Source: Patescibacteria group bacterium
GTDB taxonomy: Bacteria; Patescibacteriota; Minisyncoccia; 2-02-FULL-40-12; IGHO2-01-FULL-4-A
NCBI GenBank assembly: GCA_038057175.1
Contig: JBBUDS010000001.1
Location: forward strand, 1-29,817
Direction of reading: 5' to 3'
Length of the DNA: 29,817 nt
Position numbers and translations under genes: made by a program. Under the pieces are notes generated by a model. That model was not told where the DNA came from. It made no database searches and saw only the letters and a list, made by a program, of their open reading frames with translations. Shown here piece by piece: positions 27,091 through 29,817 of this stretch. The first letter of the stretch is position 1; each line of letters starts with the position of its first letter.

Positions 27091-27114
27091 AACTCTGCGA
27101 CTGCGGAGTTTTTT
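27091..27114 (+). terminator. Intrinsic terminator
   Basis: AACTCTGC-GACT-GCGGAGTT plus T-run. Confidence 0.7.
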
Positions 27115-27217
27115 ATTGTTTGAATTCATGAACGGTCAGTTGGTCGTATATTTGACAAATATAGTATTATCATGTATTGATTAGATAAATTTGCTCATTA
27201 AAATACGGAGATAAATA

Positions 27218-28162
27218 ATGTTTATTTCAACTCTACCGCCGATTCATATGGAGGGCCTAATGGAGGAAATGATTGCGCATTCTTTAGTTGACGGCGTTCG
27301 TTATAATATTGGCGGCTATTCTGCCTATAAACCTAAAGAAACTCTTGAGCGTATCCTTGGTTTAACCGAGGAATATAAAAAGAAGTTTTGGCTAGATCTT
27401 AAGGGTCGGCAATTACGTATATCTCGTTGGACAATGGGAAGTTTGGGTAAGGCTACTCTCAATCATAAAATTCAGGTTGACACACCTGCACGCGTGTATT
27501 TTAGGGGTAACGATTGGTCGGAAATAAAGGTTGTTAATGGCGATACTATTTTTGTTGACCCTTTGCCTAAAAATGCTGTCGGTGAAGGTCAGGCTATAAA
27601 TATTCATGGCGATAATCTAAAAATTTTTGGTTACTTAACCGACGATGATAGGGAATATATTGATGCTGCCGCTAAGTTAGGCATGCACAGCTTCATGCTT
27701 TCTTTTGTTGAGGGCCTTGAGGACGCAGAGGAATTTGAGCAAGCTTTGGGGTATGGATACAGGGGTATGGGTGTTGACGAAGTGTTTAAGATTGAATCGC
27801 CGAAGGGGATGGAATTTGTACGCCAACTAGGAAGCAGTGGCATCCCATCTGAATTATATACGCTTATGGCGGCACGTGATGATTGGTTTACGAATACTAT
27901 TCCCAGACCGCAGATTCTTAAAGATTTGGAAGATATGGTAAAAATTGATCCTAAGGCCATAGTGGCATCACATATATTTGGCGGGCTAGAGGGGGCAGGC
28001 ATGGTTACTATGGCAGATCTGTCAGACCTATATCTTATGCGCCATTTTGGTTATAAAAATTTTATGTTATCGGATGGCATATCCAAACGACATTTCAAGA
28101 AGGCCGTGGAGGCTTGGGAAGAATTTTTAGATTATTTTCCGATGGAGGAGCGAAATGAGTAG
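27218..28162 (+). CDS. Divergent pyruvate-kinase-like protein (A and B domains, no C domain)
   Basis: VRYN, LDLKGRQLR, MLSFVE, FKIES, MAARDD, FMLSD appear in order against the PK motifs RLN, LDTKGPEIR, LSFV, KIE, MVARGD, VMLSG. Confidence 0.75.
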   Translation: MFISTLPPIHMEGLMEEMIAHSLVDGVRYNIGGYSAYKPKETLERILGLTEEYKKKFWLDLKGRQLRISRWTMGSLGKATLNHKIQVDTPARVYFRGNDWSEIKVVNGDTIFVDPLPKNAVGEGQAINIHGDNLKIFGYLTDDDREYIDAAAKLGMHSFMLSFVEGLEDAEEFEQALGYGYRGMGVDEVFKIESPKGMEFVRQLGSSGIPSELYTLMAARDDWFTNTIPRPQILKDLEDMVKIDPKAIVASHIFGGLEGAGMVTMADLSDLYLMRHFGYKNFMLSDGISKRHFKKAVEAWEEFLDYFPMEERNE

Positions 28163-29567
28163 GAGAGCGTTTTTAATTGCCGGTATTGGTTATGGCGATG
28201 AAGGCAAGGGTAGTATTGTTGACTACCTTAGTTTTAAACACAAGCCGCACACCATCATACGTTTTAATGGTGGTTCACAAGCGATGCATCATGTTGTTAA
28301 ACCGGATGGAACGGTTCATGGTTTTCGACAAATAGGTTCCGGAATGTTTGCTAATCCAAGCGTACGCACCTATCTTTCTAAATTTATGCTGGTGGACCCG
28401 TTTTTTATTCACGAAGAGATAAACGAATTATCGGTAGAAAAAAACATCAAATATTCATTTGGACAGGTTATAGTTGATCGCGAGTGTGTAGTGATCACAC
28501 CATTTCATAGATTAGTTGGACAAATGCGTGAGTTAGTTAGGGACGATAAACGGATTGGCAGTTGTGGTTGCGGCGTTGGAGAGGCGATGTTTGATTACAA
28601 TTTAGTAGGAGATGGCGTTCTTCTAGCGGGCGATTTGGCGGATAAACAAAAAACACTATATAAGCTAAGACGGTTACTGATTTCAAAAATTGATATCGCA
28701 GAACAGTTGGTTGACGTAGAGTATTCGCGCAGATTTACCAAGAGACTTCTGCAAGAAAAATTATTGGAGTTGTATGATTATCGCAAGTGGTTAGATAGGT
28801 TAACTCAAAAATATCTTGATTTTTTTAAATTCGGATTTTTAAAGTTTGGAGACGAGAAGAAGCTTAAGCATATTCTGAGTAAAAATGGTACTGTGATTTT
28901 TGAAGGAGCTCAGGGTGCATTACTAGATCCGCGTTATGGATTTGCTCCTTATGTTACAAAAACACGAATGAGTTTTGAAAATGCAAACACTCTACTGGAT
29001 GAATCTGGCTATAATGGTGATTGTACCAGAATTGGCGTAATGCGTGGTTACAGTACTCGTCATGGTCCCGGACCTTTTATAACAGAAGATCCTAGATTTA
29101 ATAGGCGTGTTTCAGAATTACACAATGTAATGAATGCATGGCAGGGTCCGTTTAGAATTGGTTGGCCTGACATTGTCGCATTGAAATACGGAATAGATAT
29201 AGTTGGTGGCGTCGACTACTTGGCTGTTACCAGCATGGATCGCATCAAGGATTTTAATAAAATACGCGTTTGTGAAGCATATGATACTGACCTTGTCAGT
29301 ACAAACCATATTTTAAATAAATATTTTGAATTGCATGCTGGCAGTAAGATTAATAGGATAACAAGAATTAAGGTTTTGCCTGAAGGTAAGGTTGGGAAAG
29401 GCGAACTTACAAAATTGCTCAAGAGATGCAGGCCAGTTTATAAAAATATATATCATCATGATTGTAGATATGTGGATTACTTAAGGCATAGTCTTGGAGT
29501 TGAAGTAGGAATTATATCTCATGGCCCGACACGTAAAGATAAAATTGAGTTGATCCCCGCATGTTAA
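28155..29567 (+). CDS. Divergent adenylosuccinate-synthetase-like (PurA-fold) GTP-dependent ligase
   Basis: GYGDEGKG, RFNGGSQAMH, EGAQGALLD, RHGPGPFITE, RIGWPD, SHGPTR. Overlaps the upstream stop. Confidence 0.85.
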   Translation: MSRRAFLIAGIGYGDEGKGSIVDYLSFKHKPHTIIRFNGGSQAMHHVVKPDGTVHGFRQIGSGMFANPSVRTYLSKFMLVDPFFIHEEINELSVEKNIKYSFGQVIVDRECVVITPFHRLVGQMRELVRDDKRIGSCGCGVGEAMFDYNLVGDGVLLAGDLADKQKTLYKLRRLLISKIDIAEQLVDVEYSRRFTKRLLQEKLLELYDYRKWLDRLTQKYLDFFKFGFLKFGDEKKLKHILSKNGTVIFEGAQGALLDPRYGFAPYVTKTRMSFENANTLLDESGYNGDCTRIGVMRGYSTRHGPGPFITEDPRFNRRVSELHNVMNAWQGPFRIGWPDIVALKYGIDIVGGVDYLAVTSMDRIKDFNKIRVCEAYDTDLVSTNHILNKYFELHAGSKINRITRIKVLPEGKVGKGELTKLLKRCRPVYKNIYHHDCRYVDYLRHSLGVEVGIISHGPTRKDKIELIPAC

Positions 29568-29600
29568 AATGCACGTTTTTAGTGAATTTTTGGTTAAAAT

Positions 29601-29629
29601 TTGACATTTGGGGGAGTTTTTGCTATTAT
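29601..29629 (+). promoter_or_regulatory. Sigma70 promoter
   Basis: TTGACA, 17 bp spacer, TGC-TATTAT (extended -10). Confidence 0.7.
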
Positions 29630-29674
29630 TAATAGTATAGAAATCGGGCTGAAAAGCCCAGAGAGGAGAGAGTT

Positions 29675-29817
29675 ATGGCCACGCAGACAAAAGGCCGGAA
29701 GCGCTATAAGCGCATTCGGCAAGCCATGCTCCAGCACGGAACACCCGAGCAGGGGCATGGTTGGGCGGCGCGACAGGCGGCGCGCCGATTCGGGCACAAA
29801 GGTGCCCGCCGCGCTCG
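29675..29817 (+). CDS. Possible partial ORF, basic and GC-rich (MATQTKGRKRYKRIRQAMLQHG...), truncated by the window end
   Basis: ATG at 29675 after GAGGAG and a good promoter; open to the window edge. Confidence 0.4.
   Translation, partial: MATQTKGRKRYKRIRQAMLQHGTPEQGHGWAARQAARRFGHKGARRA

Noticed and set aside
28155-29567. PurZ (2-aminoadenine/Z-genome synthesis)
   Set aside because: The P-loop retains Asp (GDEGKG) rather than the PurZ Ser, and there is no dATPase/MazZ or phage polymerase nearby.
8846-29567. Prophage or integrative element with integrase
   Set aside because: No integrase, transposase or phage structural genes, and no distal tRNA 3'-end repeat spotted by eye.
1-29817. Alternative genetic code (TGA=Gly, as in Gracilibacteria/Absconditabacteria)
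   Set aside because: Long conserved ORFs are intact under code 11 and TGA appears only as a plausible stop (e.g. 1076, 15553).

Overview
Bacterial chromosome segment in standard genetic code. The gene repertoire looks like Patescibacteria/CPR (Parcubacteria-like); this is my inference. The left third is housekeeping and envelope genes: partial ArnT/PMT-type glycosyltransferase, VirD4/TraD-HerA-like ATPase, GtrA, MFS, short dnaX and an LPG-synthase-type membrane protein. Several of these carry small palindromic REP-like insertions in frame. An intact tRNA-Gln(TTG) sits at the tip of a long hairpin, nested inside a degenerate second tRNA-like shell that is interrupted by palindromes. An AT-rich LOG/methyltransferase/three-glycosyltransferase cassette follows, then HIT, CSP, and a TIM-barrel gene bracketed by two multi-hairpin elements. 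The right 13 kb (16468-29567) is a compact nucleotide-metabolism/stress island. It holds NUDIX-pncA-pncB divergent from a glutaminase-NadE-NadD triple fusion, a two-tier AAA+ ATPase with a His-tailed partner, a probable pseudokinase plus a vWA protein with an inserted YfaP-like domain, and a truncated pyruvate-kinase-like gene coupled to a PurA-like ligase with a remodelled aspartate loop. All protein calls come from motifs read by eye; no searches were run.
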